The notes under the pieces were generated by a model. That model saw only the letters and a list, made by a program, of their open reading frames with translations, was not told the origin of the DNA and made no database searches. Of a stretch of 64,000 nt of DNA, positions 10,448 to 21,560 are shown piece by piece. The first letter of the stretch is position 1; each line of letters opens with the position of its first letter. Made by a program: the position numbers and the translations under genes. This stretch comes from a bacterium (GTDB lineage: Bacteria; Patescibacteriota; Patescibacteriia; UBA9570), in the NCBI GenBank assembly GCA_030698395.1, contig JAUYKW010000027.1, positions 3,174 through 67,173 of the forward strand, given 5' to 3'.

Positions 10448-11666
10448 GTTTTTTTATCATTTCATTTAACGGTAATAGCTCAACTTCGTCACTACTTCTT
10501 GGTTTGTACTCAACTTTACCATCACTTTTCGAACCTACTACTAAGCGATATGGTAAACCGATCAAGTCAGCATCTTGCAATTTCTTACCTGCTGATAATT
10601 CACGATCGTCATACAGTACAGCAAAACCTGCTTTCTGTAAAGAGTCATATACCTCATCGCTTTGAACACTATTATTGTTCAAGTTAATCAGATGAAACTT
10701 GAATGGCGCAACTTCCTCTGGCCAAGCAATGCCTTTTTCATCATGATATATCTCTACAATAGTACCCATTAATCTACTCAATCCTATACCATAACAACCC
10801 ATTATCACATCATGGCTTTTACTCATATCATCATCATAATGCAATCCAAATGGTTCAGAATATTTTGTTTGTAATTTGAAAATGTTTCCTACCTCAATAG
10901 CAGATTCTTCCTGAAATTCATTGCCTTTGCATTCTGGGCAACTAGGTGTTTCATCCTTAATTTCTTTATTAATAGCCAATTGACAATTTTGACATACATA
11001 AATAATATCCTCACCAGATTCCGATACCGCTTGATATTCATGTGAGTACTTTGAAAAAGCACCACCAGATGCATAGGTTAAATGTGTTACATCCCTTAAA
11101 CCTACGCGAGAGAATATTTTACTATATGCCTCCATTGCTTTTTCGTAATAATCGTTCAAATCTGTCTCATTTGTATGAAATGAATAAAGATCCTTCATTA
11201 AGAATTCTCGCCCACGTAATAGACCAGCTTTAGGTCTTAATTCTTTTCTAAACTTAGTTTGAAACTGATAAACAGCAAATGGCAAGTCTTTATACGATGA
11301 AATATATTGCTGTACTAATGGTACGACAATTTCTTCATGAGTTGGCCCTAAAGTAAACTGCCTGTCACTGGTATCTTCCAACTTATACAAAATATCATCC
11401 ATTTCATCCCATCTACCGGTTTTTTGCCAATTACTTTTTGGATGTAAAGCTGGCATGAGAATTTCTTGACCATCTATTTCATTTATCTCTTCCCGAACAA
11501 TATCCTCAATTTTTTTCATTACAATTCTACCTAAAGGTAAAAAAGAATAAACCCCCGCCATTAATTTATCAATATATCCTGCTCTAATTAAATATTGAGC
11601 ATTAATACTTGTTTCATCCTTTGGTACATTTTTTAAGGTCTTTGTAAAAAGTTGTGATTGTTTCAT
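10440..11666 (-). CDS. proS: Proline--tRNA ligase, short form without INS editing domain
   Basis: LGPTHEE, FRKELRPKAGLLRGREFLMKD, EVGNIFKL, MGCYGIG; CQNC..CPEC in place of the INS domain. Confidence 0.95.
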   Translation of the reverse strand: MKQSQLFTKTLKNVPKDETSINAQYLIRAGYIDKLMAGVYSFLPLGRIVMKKIEDIVREEINEIDGQEILMPALHPKSNWQKTGRWDEMDDILYKLEDTSDRQFTLGPTHEEIVVPLVQQYISSYKDLPFAVYQFQTKFRKELRPKAGLLRGREFLMKDLYSFHTNETDLNDYYEKAMEAYSKIFSRVGLRDVTHLTYASGGAFSKYSHEYQAVSESGEDIIYVCQNCQLAINKEIKDETPSCPECKGNEFQEESAIEVGNIFKLQTKYSEPFGLHYDDDMSKSHDVIMGCYGIGLSRLMGTIVEIYHDEKGIAWPEEVAPFKFHLINLNNNSVQSDEVYDSLQKAGFAVLYDDRELSAGKKLQDADLIGLPYRLVVGSKSDGKVEYKPRSSDEVELLPLNEMIKKHA

Positions 11667-11669
11667 AAT

Positions 11670-12791
11670 TTAAAATAAATCAAGTAAATCTTTCAAAGTA
11701 ACTACCATTAATAATGTCAACAATAATATAAATCCTAGATTATGTACTACTGCTTCAATTTTTGGATTTATTGGTTTCCGTAATACAAATTCAAACAATA
11801 AGAATAATATTCTACCACCATCAAGTGCCGGAAAAGGAAATAAGTTAAATATAGCTAAATTAATAGATAGCAACGCGGCAAACTGAATGATATATACAAT
11901 ACCCAACTGTGTAGCTTCATGAGTTAATGAAGCAATACCAAGCGGACCAGCAATTGCTACGTTTGAAGCTTCGCCATCAAATAAACCAACAACTAAATTA
12001 ATAATGGCATACAAGATCATTCGAATCATCTCATATGTTTGAATAACTCCATGCCAAATTGCAGAATACCAAGGTAATCTCACGATTCCTGTTTCTGCTA
12101 AAAATACGCCAACTCCTAATGTATCGGTTTCTTCAAGAATCTCTGGAGTTACACTGTATTGGAAAATTTCATCGTTACCTCTAGAAATTTCTATATCAAC
12201 TGATGTACCAGATTCTAATCCCAACAAACTATTTGTAAAATCGGTAGAGTGATTAATTTCTATGTCATTAACTTTAGTTATTGCATCACCAATCTTAATA
12301 CCTTGGTGGCTCGCGGGTCCATTTTCTTGAACCTCAACTACTAACACTTCAGGATTCGTCACCGTTGCATTGCTTGGCAAATCAGAAATTGACGATGGCA
12401 TTCCTATCATAAATCCAACAGAAAACAAAAAGACTGCCAATACTATATTCATAAAAATACCAGCAAACAGAATTATAAATCTCTGCCACATTGGATGTGA
12501 GCTAAAATCATCAGATGATTTTTTATTCTTCTCATCACCAGCTGGAACAGGAGTATCCATTTGATCACCACCGATAACACCTTTTATCTTCACAAAACCA
12601 CCAACAGGTATCCAATTCAAAGAATAGAGTGTCTTGCCCTTTTTAATACCCGTTATTCTTGGAGGGAAACCAACACCAAATTCATCAACCCCTACCTTAA
12701 AAAATCTTGCCGCTACAAAATGTCCTAACTCATGTACAATTACTAACAATCCTAAGATTGTAATAAAAACCAATATTGATACAACGATCAT
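11670..12791 (-). CDS. rseP: Site-2 intramembrane metalloprotease RseP
   Basis: HELGH, PDZ domain, NLFPFPALDGG. Confidence 0.95.
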   Translation of the reverse strand: MIVVSILVFITILGLLVIVHELGHFVAARFFKVGVDEFGVGFPPRITGIKKGKTLYSLNWIPVGGFVKIKGVIGGDQMDTPVPAGDEKNKKSSDDFSSHPMWQRFIILFAGIFMNIVLAVFLFSVGFMIGMPSSISDLPSNATVTNPEVLVVEVQENGPASHQGIKIGDAITKVNDIEINHSTDFTNSLLGLESGTSVDIEISRGNDEIFQYSVTPEILEETDTLGVGVFLAETGIVRLPWYSAIWHGVIQTYEMIRMILYAIINLVVGLFDGEASNVAIAGPLGIASLTHEATQLGIVYIIQFAALLSINLAIFNLFPFPALDGGRILFLLFEFVLRKPINPKIEAVVHNLGFILLLTLLMVVTLKDLLDLF

Positions 12792-13321
12792 ATTGTGAGT
12801 ATCTCCTTCTCCTTTTTAATCCCTAAATCTTTAATGATTGTATTATAATCATCAACTAACTTTTGAATATCTTTTTGTTCTGCAAAAAAGTCATCTTCAG
12901 ATATCTCTTTATCATTTTTTTTAGTTTTTAGCTCGTGCATCAATTCTTCTCTAACTTTCTTTATCGACACATGAGCCTCTTCACATCTATCCTTTACCAC
13001 CTTAACAGTTTCTTTTCTTTTTTCTTCTGTCATCGGCGGAAAAACAACTCGAATTGTTGTTCCATCAACAACTGGACTAAATCCCTGATCTGCTTCATGT
13101 AGAGTTTTTTCGATATTTTTTATAATACTAGTATCCCAAGGTTGGATGACCAGACTCTGGGCACCCTGATTTGTTATAGAAGCTAATTGATTCAAGGGTG
13201 TCACTGAATCATACACAGACACATTAATATCATCCATAATGGCTGGAGAAACTCTACCAATATGCAAAGTTGCTAACTGCTTTTCTAAAAATTGAATTGT
13301 TGAATCAAATTTATCATTCAT
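12788..13321 (-). CDS. frr: Ribosome recycling factor
   Basis: GRVSP, PLNQLASI, IQPWD, PPMTEEKRKE, ISED. Confidence 0.95.
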   Translation of the reverse strand: MNDKFDSTIQFLEKQLATLHIGRVSPAIMDDINVSVYDSVTPLNQLASITNQGAQSLVIQPWDTSIIKNIEKTLHEADQGFSPVVDGTTIRVVFPPMTEEKRKETVKVVKDRCEEAHVSIKKVREELMHELKTKKNDKEISEDDFFAEQKDIQKLVDDYNTIIKDLGIKKEKEILTI

Positions 13322-13331
13322 ATAGTTAATA

Positions 13332-14462
13332 TTACTTAATTAATCCCCCACTACTTTCAACAAGTTCTGTTCCGATATATATTACATTCGGAGCATCCTG
13401 ATCAATTAAAAATGATGTTACACTTCTTGTAGTTGGAAAAGATTCTAAGGTTTTCCAGGCGTTACCATTATCAGTTGAGACATGAATTTTCTTACCAACA
13501 ACGAAATAGATTGTCTCAGAGTCTTTTGGCGCTACTGTTAGATGTCTAATATTTTTATTTTGCTTATCTTTAAAACCAATTAATGTTGTAATATCTTCCC
13601 AATCTAAACCTTCGTTATAACTACGGAGAATGCCTCGTGATGTAACTATATAAACGATTCTAAAATCATTTGGATCGAGCGCAACATCATACACACGGCC
13701 CGCACCATCGAACTTCTCTTTAAAATCTTTGGCTAATAATTTATCCCATCCAGAGTTTGTACCTCCAGCTGTATCGATTTCTTCCTGCTCATCTAATTCA
13801 TCCGGAGTAACCAAAGCTTCCCCGCCATTAGTTGTTTTATATAATACTCCCTCGCTAGTAAGAGCATATATAATTCTAGTATTGTATGGTGCCATTAACA
13901 TCTCTACAACTGGATTTTCGATTTGTAAATGTAAATCCCAGTTTATTCCATAGTCATAACTTTTGATAATTGTCCCAGCAGAAGTCGAAGCATAAATACG
14001 TGATGTATCATAACTATCAACAACTATAACATTTACTTTTGAAGCCTTTACATCAGAATATACATTTTCCCAGGTTTCACCACCATCTACCGTTTTCATT
14101 ATTGTTGTATTTTTTGCAACGTATATTGTTTCAGGATTTTTTGGATCAAATGCAATACTGGTTACAGATCCATTATTAATTTGCGATTGCACCCAAGTTT
14201 CTCCTCCATCCAAAGTAGTATACATACCGTTACCATTTGTCCCAATATAAATGATATTTGAATCATTCGGATGCGCTACTGTAGTAGCAATATTTACATC
14301 ACTTATGGTTGTTTTCTTTCTTCCTTCCTGGCTAATAAAAGTTTTTTGCTCCCATGATTCACCACCATCATATGATTTAAAAACACCACCATCTGCTACT
14401 TCGCCGCAAGATGCTCCAATCAGAAGTAATAATGATAAAAGAATAAAATTATATTTAGTCAT
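13332..14462 (-). CDS. Lipoprotein with BNR/Asp-box beta-propeller (VPS10/YCF48-like)
   Basis: Lipobox-like LLIGAS-C; repeated S/T-x-D-x-G-x-x-W motifs. Confidence 0.75.
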   Translation of the reverse strand: MTKYNFILLSLLLLIGASCGEVADGGVFKSYDGGESWEQKTFISQEGRKKTTISDVNIATTVAHPNDSNIIYIGTNGNGMYTTLDGGETWVQSQINNGSVTSIAFDPKNPETIYVAKNTTIMKTVDGGETWENVYSDVKASKVNVIVVDSYDTSRIYASTSAGTIIKSYDYGINWDLHLQIENPVVEMLMAPYNTRIIYALTSEGVLYKTTNGGEALVTPDELDEQEEIDTAGGTNSGWDKLLAKDFKEKFDGAGRVYDVALDPNDFRIVYIVTSRGILRSYNEGLDWEDITTLIGFKDKQNKNIRHLTVAPKDSETIYFVVGKKIHVSTDNGNAWKTLESFPTTRSVTSFLIDQDAPNVIYIGTELVESSGGLIK

Positions 14463-14468
14463 AATATG

Positions 14469-15455
14469 TTAACGGTATATTTTTAATAAAATCTGATCCA
14501 GTAAAATCTTTGCTTGAATTGGCTGGTTCAGCTTAATAGTATATTGATTAATTAATTCTAACGCTTTCATGCTATCATCCACAGAAGTTTTGCGTTGTAA
14601 GTCCTGTAATTCTTTCGTAGCGAATACATAACGAACCGAGTCGTTAACATTCATTTGTAACATTAAATTATCTCTACAAACATCTTCTAGTATTGAAAGA
14701 TAATTTATCAAATGCTCTCGTGAAACTGTTTTTGGCCAAATCTTCCTTCCAATAACTAATCGCTTGCTATATATTTTTTCAGTAAGCAATAATATCCACT
14801 GAATGATTTCTTCCTGATATGCAAGTTGTTTCCTCTTATCTAAGAATTTATGAGCTAAACCTGGAAGTCCCTGAATCACTTTAGTACTATCATCTGTGAG
14901 ATCATATGCTTTTCGCAATTCCTCTTTACTCACTAAATTCATTCTCATATGTGCACACCTTGAACGGATAGTAGGCAATATTTCATGACTATTCTCAGTC
15001 AGTAGAAAAAAGAAAATATTATCATTTGGTTCCTCAAGTACTTTCAGCAGAGCATTACTCGCCTCTCTAGTCATACAATCAGCTTGATGGATGACAATTA
15101 CTCTCTTTCCTGGTAAAAAACCAGACATATTTAAGCTAGATATCTCATCTCTCATTCTGCTAATAGAGATCCTTCCACTGCTTTCTGGAGAAATAACATT
15201 AACATTTGGATGATTATCTCGCTTCAACATCGAGCAAGAATTGCATAATCCCCTTTTTTTTCTTGCTAAACATGATAATTCGTCTTCTATCTGTGTACAC
15301 AACAAATCAGCAATTAAATTAGAAATGAGCGTTGTTTTGCCAATATGTTCAGGTCCGATAATTAAATTGGCATGATGAACTGTACCACTTTTTACTTGTT
15401 TTTGCAAGTAATGCTGTAAAAGATTGTTTCCTATTAATTCCTTGGTATATTCCAT
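14469..15455 (-). CDS. holB: DNA polymerase III delta' subunit
   Basis: GPEHIGKTT, zinc cysteines, HPN, ASNALLKVLEEP, LPTIRSRC. Confidence 0.88.
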   Translation of the reverse strand: MEYTKELIGNNLLQHYLQKQVKSGTVHHANLIIGPEHIGKTTLISNLIADLLCTQIEDELSCLARKKRGLCNSCSMLKRDNHPNVNVISPESSGRISISRMRDEISSLNMSGFLPGKRVIVIHQADCMTREASNALLKVLEEPNDNIFFFLLTENSHEILPTIRSRCAHMRMNLVSKEELRKAYDLTDDSTKVIQGLPGLAHKFLDKRKQLAYQEEIIQWILLLTEKIYSKRLVIGRKIWPKTVSREHLINYLSILEDVCRDNLMLQMNVNDSVRYVFATKELQDLQRKTSVDDSMKALELINQYTIKLNQPIQAKILLDQILLKIYR

Positions 15456-15464
15456 GATGTCGTC

Positions 15465-15473
15465 ATTATATCA
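15465..15473 (-). promoter_or_regulatory. Extended -10 element upstream of holB
   Basis: TGATATAAT 9 nt before the ATG; its TGA is also the stop codon of the upstream GT4 gene. Confidence 0.55.
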
Positions 15474-16652
15474 GTTCTCCGCATCTAATTCACTTTTTAG
15501 AGCTTTCCACGTTTTATCGGCACATTTTTGCCAAGAAAAAAACTTCACTCTTTCAAATCCAACATCCGACAGTTGCTTTCGATCTATTTCTGATAAATTA
15601 ATAGCTGAGTTCATTTTTGCAGCAATACTTTCAGGATCATGATGATTAAAATAGATACAGGCATCTTCACAAACTTCTTTTAGGGGCGGGATATCAGAAC
15701 AAACAACGGTTGTTCCTGTTGCAAGAGCCTCCAATATAGGTATACCAAATCCTTCATAATTAGTTGGAAAAATAAAAAGACTAGCATCGTTCATTAGTAC
15801 ATTCATTTTATCTTGTTCTACATATCCTAATTCTTGTACAACGTCATGCAAGTTATGTTTCAAAATTTCACTCTTAATATTTTCATATCCATTACCAGGA
15901 CTTCCGACTAAATATAATTGGTGATTCAATTTATATTTATTTCTCAATATATTAAATGCTTTGATTAAATTAACGATATTCTTTTTATGTTCAAGCCTTC
16001 CTATGTATAAAATATATTGTTTTTGATTATTTGTATCTGGCACTGGATGATACTCATGACTACTAAAACCATTATGCACTACCAATATCTTACTATCTTC
16101 AATTTGATATCTGGATTTTAATTCAGACTTAGTAAATTCTGATATAGTTATTATTTTACTTGCATGCTTAGCTGCAAAATTCATCGACCACCGATGGTAA
16201 TCTAATTCACTGGTACTATACTTACCAAACGTGAACACGCGAACTATAAAGTTAACTATTGAACCACCAATATATGAATTTGCATATAATTCTGGGCTGT
16301 TTTCAAATCCTAAATCATGTGCAACATAAACACTTCGCTTCGGATGAATTATAGGAATAGTATGTGCAGGAATAAAAAGGATATCAGGCCTAGACCAAAA
16401 ACGTAACATTGCTATAGACATCCTAATCTGCGTCCACATTAATTTAGGTGACCAACGGAGTACAACGTTTTCCCAATTTTTCGGTAATGGCAATAGATCT
16501 TCCAGTAAAGGCTCTTTTGTATACAAGATAACCTTATAATTGTCCTGGGGAATAATATCTTTTAATTGGTTTAATAAATTAAAAATATACCACTCCGTTC
16601 CAGTGCGCTTTTTTATGTTTGCGCGTGATGCATCAATGCCAATTACACGCAT
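15471..16652 (-). CDS. Glycosyltransferase family 4 (GT-B)
   Basis: IGIDAS..RTGTEWY, GRLEHKKN, YEGFGIPILEA. Confidence 0.92.
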   Translation of the reverse strand: MRVIGIDASRANIKKRTGTEWYIFNLLNQLKDIIPQDNYKVILYTKEPLLEDLLPLPKNWENVVLRWSPKLMWTQIRMSIAMLRFWSRPDILFIPAHTIPIIHPKRSVYVAHDLGFENSPELYANSYIGGSIVNFIVRVFTFGKYSTSELDYHRWSMNFAAKHASKIITISEFTKSELKSRYQIEDSKILVVHNGFSSHEYHPVPDTNNQKQYILYIGRLEHKKNIVNLIKAFNILRNKYKLNHQLYLVGSPGNGYENIKSEILKHNLHDVVQELGYVEQDKMNVLMNDASLFIFPTNYEGFGIPILEALATGTTVVCSDIPPLKEVCEDACIYFNHHDPESIAAKMNSAINLSEIDRKQLSDVGFERVKFFSWQKCADKTWKALKSELDAEN

Positions 16653-16661
16653 GATATTATT

Positions 16662-17666
16662 TTATTTTGTTGAAAGAATTGATCGCTTGTATGAATCAAG
16701 ATTTTCTAATGCAACTCCTGTACCTTTCACAACATTTTGTAAAGGATCATCTGCAACGTACGCTGGAACATCTATTGCCCTGGATAACAACTCATCCAAA
16801 TTACTCAACAAACCAGAGCCTCCAGAAATTACCATGCCCTTATCTATTACGTCTGCGGATAATTCCGGTGGCGTCTCATGCAACACAGACTTTACGGCCT
16901 GTATTATGCCTTGTAATTCATCTTGAATAGCTTCAGTTATGTCATCAGATGTTACTTCTGTAGTTCGTGGCAATCCAGAAACCATATCTCTTCCTCTAAT
17001 TTCCATTGATAACTTATCACTTAATGGCAAAGCCGAACCGATCTTTATTTTTAACTCCTCTGCACTACGTTCTCCAATAGCTAAATTATATTTCTTTCTT
17101 ACATATTCCTGAATTGCACTATCAAATTTTGTACCACCAATTCTAACCGATGTGTTAGCGACAATACCTCCTAGAGAAATTACGGCAATCTCGCTGGTAC
17201 CTCCACCAATTTCAATAATCATATGTCCAGACGCAGATCCAATTGGAATACCTGCCCCAATTGCTGAAGCTATTGGCTGTTTAATAATGAATGCTGCTTT
17301 AGCACCAGCCTGTAAACACGCGTCAATAACTGCCCTTCTCTCAGTAGATGTAATACCAGCAGGAACTGCGATCATAACTTCAGGACTAATAAATCTTACA
17401 CCACCTAATGCCTTGTTTATAAAATAACGCAACATGCTTTCTGTGGTTTTATAATCAGCAATAACACCTTCCTTGAGCGGTCGTTTCGCTACAATTGTAT
17501 CCGGCGTTCTGCCAAGCATTTCTCGCGCTTCACCACCAACGGCCAAAACACGCTTATCATGTCCTATTGCAACAACAGATGGCTCATTAATAGCTATGCC
17601 TTTTTTTGGAACGTAAACAAGTGTATTAACTGTTCCTAAATCAATTCCTATTTTTTTTACAAACAT
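16662..17666 (-). CDS. mreB: MreB/Mbl-family actin-like protein (copy 2)
   Basis: IGIDLGTVNT, EPSVVA, EIGGGTSE, TPPELSAD. Confidence 0.93.
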   Translation of the reverse strand: MFVKKIGIDLGTVNTLVYVPKKGIAINEPSVVAIGHDKRVLAVGGEAREMLGRTPDTIVAKRPLKEGVIADYKTTESMLRYFINKALGGVRFISPEVMIAVPAGITSTERRAVIDACLQAGAKAAFIIKQPIASAIGAGIPIGSASGHMIIEIGGGTSEIAVISLGGIVANTSVRIGGTKFDSAIQEYVRKKYNLAIGERSAEELKIKIGSALPLSDKLSMEIRGRDMVSGLPRTTEVTSDDITEAIQDELQGIIQAVKSVLHETPPELSADVIDKGMVISGGSGLLSNLDELLSRAIDVPAYVADDPLQNVVKGTGVALENLDSYKRSILSTK

Positions 17667-19792
17667 TAACGAAAATCTATATTAATTTCTTTATCTGTAT
17701 TCAATTGACTACTAAAATGCAACTCATTATTGCCGATTTGTTCAATTTCGTCAATGGGCTTATAAACATCGATTTTCTTGCCTACATCAAAACTAAAGTT
17801 AAATGAAACATTATCCGTGCCCGGTTGTTTTTGCATAAATAACCCATATTTGTTGTCATTTATAGCATCTACAATATTACGTGGTAACTTATACTTCAAA
17901 GTAACCACCTCTTCTGTTTTAGGCTCAACTGAAATGAATCCTTCAAATATAGTTTTGTTTTTTTCTTCATCCTGAGTTACTTTTGCCGCCACAGGCTGAC
18001 CACCAAGAAATCTATCAGTTGTTAAGAAGCCATTAGTCTCGATTAGTTCGCTACCAGTAGGAACATAGATACGAGTGTACGTTCTATACCTAGTAGTAAA
18101 AAAATCAAATACTCCATCGTTATAATATCGAAGAGCCATGTCTACAATCACATCTTCTCCCTGTTGCGATACAGCATAATCAATATTTTTTGTCATCACG
18201 CGATCAGTTTTAAGAGCAGCTAAATTAGCATCAATAACCATTACATAATCACCCTCGTGTTCTTCAATGGAACCAGCCCAATCTAATTCCTCGATCAACT
18301 TTTGTGCTTTACTATCCTTAGAATAAATCATCACATGCTTCTCATCTAGATTATCCATCAACATTGACCATAAGTCCCTCCATTGAGATTTTGGTAAATT
18401 CATCATTTTAGACATCAATTCAGAAGCAAGTGTGCCAATCACAGCTTTGCGCTCAGAATCAGTTGCTCCTTCCTGACGATAACCAATTTCAACCTGATAT
18501 TGCAATTTCTCCGTAAGGTTTTCCTCGGTATATTCTTCTCCTTCTACTGTAATTGGTCCAGTAACCATTAACATTTGTTCAATTAGTTTTGGGGTGACTG
18601 AAATTACGCCATCTAAATTTTCAACTGGTCCATTTTCCAGATGATAAAATTCTTCTACTTTCTTAGCAGTAGTTGGAAAATCTGGATCCCAATTAGCATC
18701 ACGCATAAACCATTGCGTTGATCCTAAATATGTATGAAATGGTTCCGGTGGCGTAACAAATAATTCATCTTTAACTGGTACGTCCAAGTTGTATATATTA
18801 TCTGTTTTAAACTCTTGAATGTCAGCATTCTTTAAAATTAATATTCCATAAGTACCAATAAAACCACCAGTTGGTCGAAGCTCAGTATTGTTCTGAAGTA
18901 TAAACAAGTACGTCTTTTCATCTGGATATCCTAGAATTGTCGGTGCGATATCCAAAAATGGCAAAGCTTTATCTACGATCTGCTCTACTAATGGCAACTT
19001 CTCTCTAAGTGGAATTATTGCAACATCTAAAATGCTTATTACTCCCTCAGTAGGAATACTTTCCATAGCTATAAGTGCTTCAGCTAAATCATCTTGAGCA
19101 GATTGTAATCTATCAGGAGAATCTTCAATGGTTTGTAAAATTTGTTTTCTTTCTTTTTGTGTAATACTAGATACAGTTACTTCCTCAGACTCTACTACAC
19201 TAAATATATCATCAGCCACGTATGAAATTTCAACTAATGCTCCTGCAATTTTTATACCACCCACTAGTAAATTATCAACTGCTTTAAATTGAGTTGATAC
19301 TCCGGGTACCCATTTCATCCAAAATAAATTATCCGATGCCTCTTGAGCAAGTACTAAATGTTCTTGTGCACTACTCAAATCATTAATAGCAACTTTAAAA
19401 TTTTGATCAGTTAAATTTTGTTGAGCAGCTACAAAATCATCTTTTCCAGCAATAGCCTCTTCATACAAAACTTTCCCTTGACTATAAGCTTGAGCACCAA
19501 GTGCTGACAAAATAAATATTAATAGTACTGATATACTCAAAATAATCTTTATTCTTTTTTTTCGTTTACTTTTGACTACAATCTTTTTAACTGCTTTTAC
19601 TTCTTTTCCAACTTTAGTTTTTCTACTACGTAAACTTTTTTTTGGTGCCTTAATATCTTGGACAAGTTCTCCAGAATTTTTTTGCTTTTTTATACGAATC
19701 TTTTTTTGCTTTTTTGCTTTTAAATTCTGGCTAGTTGCCTGCGGAATTTTCTTTGAATCCGTCGAATTATTTATATCTGGTATCAACGTCAT
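17666..19792 (-). CDS. DUF4012-family membrane-anchored protein
   Basis: Lys-rich N-terminus, single TM, helical stalk, LQNNTELRPTGGFIG, RDANWDPDFP, KQPG. Confidence 0.85.
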   Translation of the reverse strand: MTLIPDINNSTDSKKIPQATSQNLKAKKQKKIRIKKQKNSGELVQDIKAPKKSLRSRKTKVGKEVKAVKKIVVKSKRKKRIKIILSISVLLIFILSALGAQAYSQGKVLYEEAIAGKDDFVAAQQNLTDQNFKVAINDLSSAQEHLVLAQEASDNLFWMKWVPGVSTQFKAVDNLLVGGIKIAGALVEISYVADDIFSVVESEEVTVSSITQKERKQILQTIEDSPDRLQSAQDDLAEALIAMESIPTEGVISILDVAIIPLREKLPLVEQIVDKALPFLDIAPTILGYPDEKTYLFILQNNTELRPTGGFIGTYGILILKNADIQEFKTDNIYNLDVPVKDELFVTPPEPFHTYLGSTQWFMRDANWDPDFPTTAKKVEEFYHLENGPVENLDGVISVTPKLIEQMLMVTGPITVEGEEYTEENLTEKLQYQVEIGYRQEGATDSERKAVIGTLASELMSKMMNLPKSQWRDLWSMLMDNLDEKHVMIYSKDSKAQKLIEELDWAGSIEEHEGDYVMVIDANLAALKTDRVMTKNIDYAVSQQGEDVIVDMALRYYNDGVFDFFTTRYRTYTRIYVPTGSELIETNGFLTTDRFLGGQPVAAKVTQDEEKNKTIFEGFISVEPKTEEVVTLKYKLPRNIVDAINDNKYGLFMQKQPGTDNVSFNFSFDVGKKIDVYKPIDEIEQIGNNELHFSSQLNTDKEINIDFR

Positions 19793-20601
19793 GACTTATT
19801 ATTTGAGATTTTTTTATAGGTAATCCAGTCGTTTAAGTGTACTCTGGTAACATAATTAAGTAAACTGCCCAAACCACCCCAAATAGAGCTCTGAGCAGAC
19901 TCTCTTTTATGGTAATGGACTATCTCTACATCCGGATAATAGATCACTTTATAATCACTGTTTCGCAATCTATCGCATAACTCAAAGTCAGCAAAATACA
20001 GAAAAAATTTCTCATTAAAAGAGCCGACTTTTTCAATTGCAGATTTTCTTACAAATATACAAGCTCCTAAGATCCAATCCACTTCTCTTAAACTATTATG
20101 ATCAAAATCAGACATCAAATGACGATCTAGATCTCTTTGTGCAGGACCAAATTTCCCCAGTGGGGTGCGTCTATAAATTGGTGTAAATCTACCGTACGGA
20201 CGAAAACAGGATTTCTGAATTGTGCCATCACCATTTCGTAATTGTGGTCCAAGTAATCCAACATTTTGATGTTCGTCTAAATACATAATCATTTTCATAA
20301 TATCACTAGGCTTGGAAAAGATAATATCTGAATTCATAATCAATAGATACTCACCTTTTGCCTGAGCTATTCCTAAATTATTTCCATGAGCATGTCCGGT
20401 ATTTTTTGGATTGACAATTAATTTAATATTAGGATATAACTCCTCTACCATTTCAACGCTACCATCTTGTGATGCATTATCAATCACAATAATTTCATAT
20501 GGCAAAGTGATATTTAAATCTTGCAAATTCTTTATCACTAAACGCAATAAATGTTTAGTTTTATAATTTAAAATTATTATTGAAATTTTTACTGTATCCA
20601 T
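19789..20601 (-). CDS. Glycosyltransferase family 2 (WbbL-like)
   Basis: IDNASQDGS, NSD, DWILGAC, FFLYFAD. Confidence 0.9.
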   Translation of the reverse strand: MDTVKISIIILNYKTKHLLRLVIKNLQDLNITLPYEIIVIDNASQDGSVEMVEELYPNIKLIVNPKNTGHAHGNNLGIAQAKGEYLLIMNSDIIFSKPSDIMKMIMYLDEHQNVGLLGPQLRNGDGTIQKSCFRPYGRFTPIYRRTPLGKFGPAQRDLDRHLMSDFDHNSLREVDWILGACIFVRKSAIEKVGSFNEKFFLYFADFELCDRLRNSDYKVIYYPDVEIVHYHKRESAQSSIWGGLGSLLNYVTRVHLNDWITYKKISNNKS

Positions 20602-21560
20602 TGTCTTATAGATTGTTTATTACTTGAAACTCGTTTTGCACGCATCTTTGGTATTCCTTTTATGGTTTCTAATATGTAGCTCAGAGTAGACCATTCTCTT
20701 ATCAATACATAGAATAATTTAACAAACTCATATGGAATAATTGCCCAACTGTCTAAAATAAAACTTTTTAAATCTTCATTTTTTATTAATGTCCAAATAT
20801 GATTACGATATGAATAACCTCTGATTATCGCCGGTTTATTAGATCTACTTGCTAAACTAGTTTTTTGAATAGTTCGCGCATGATATGCCACTGCTTGAGG
20901 TTGATACCACACTTGAAAACCTGCTCGATGCATTCTCCAACTCGCATCAACATCTTCTTTGTATGCTATAAAATCAGCATCAAAGAAATTATCACCATAT
21001 TTAACAGATTCAATTGCATGCCTTGATACCATCATTAGTGCACCTGTGATACCAAAGACTTCTTCCATTAAATCATATTGCCCTTTATCAATATCATTCT
21101 CTCCCCTATTAAGAACATTCCTTGATCTCTCCATAATCAAACCAGCGCTGTCAACTATACTTTGATCATCCTGCTTAGTCAATTTTAATAACTTGCCACC
21201 AACCATACCAGCATCGGGTTGTTTTTTAAATACCTCCACTAATAGTTCAACATGATTATTTTTCAAGACAACATCATCATTGCAAAAAATAACATAATCT
21301 CCCTTTGCCACCTTAATTCCTTGATTATTACCCTTGGCATACCACTCATTTGTTTTATTCGCAATCAAGTTAGTTGGCTGTAAAATACTTTGTCCTTCAA
21401 TCCACTCTACAGTACCATCTTGAGAATCGTTATCAACCACAATAATTTCAATATCAGAATAAGTTTGCGCTGCCAACGATGTGAACAACGCAGGCAAATG
21501 CTTTTTGCTGTTATAGCTTAAAACTATAATACTAACTAGTGGTTGTCTGCTGTTTTCCAT
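20589..21560 (-). CDS. Glycosyltransferase family 2
   Basis: VDNDSQDGT, CNDD, FIAYKEDVD. Confidence 0.9.
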   Translation of the reverse strand: MENSRQPLVSIIVLSYNSKKHLPALFTSLAAQTYSDIEIIVVDNDSQDGTVEWIEGQSILQPTNLIANKTNEWYAKGNNQGIKVAKGDYVIFCNDDVVLKNNHVELLVEVFKKQPDAGMVGGKLLKLTKQDDQSIVDSAGLIMERSRNVLNRGENDIDKGQYDLMEEVFGITGALMMVSRHAIESVKYGDNFFDADFIAYKEDVDASWRMHRAGFQVWYQPQAVAYHARTIQKTSLASRSNKPAIIRGYSYRNHIWTLIKNEDLKSFILDSWAIIPYEFVKLFYVLIREWSTLSYILETIKGIPKMRAKRVSSNKQSIRQWIQ

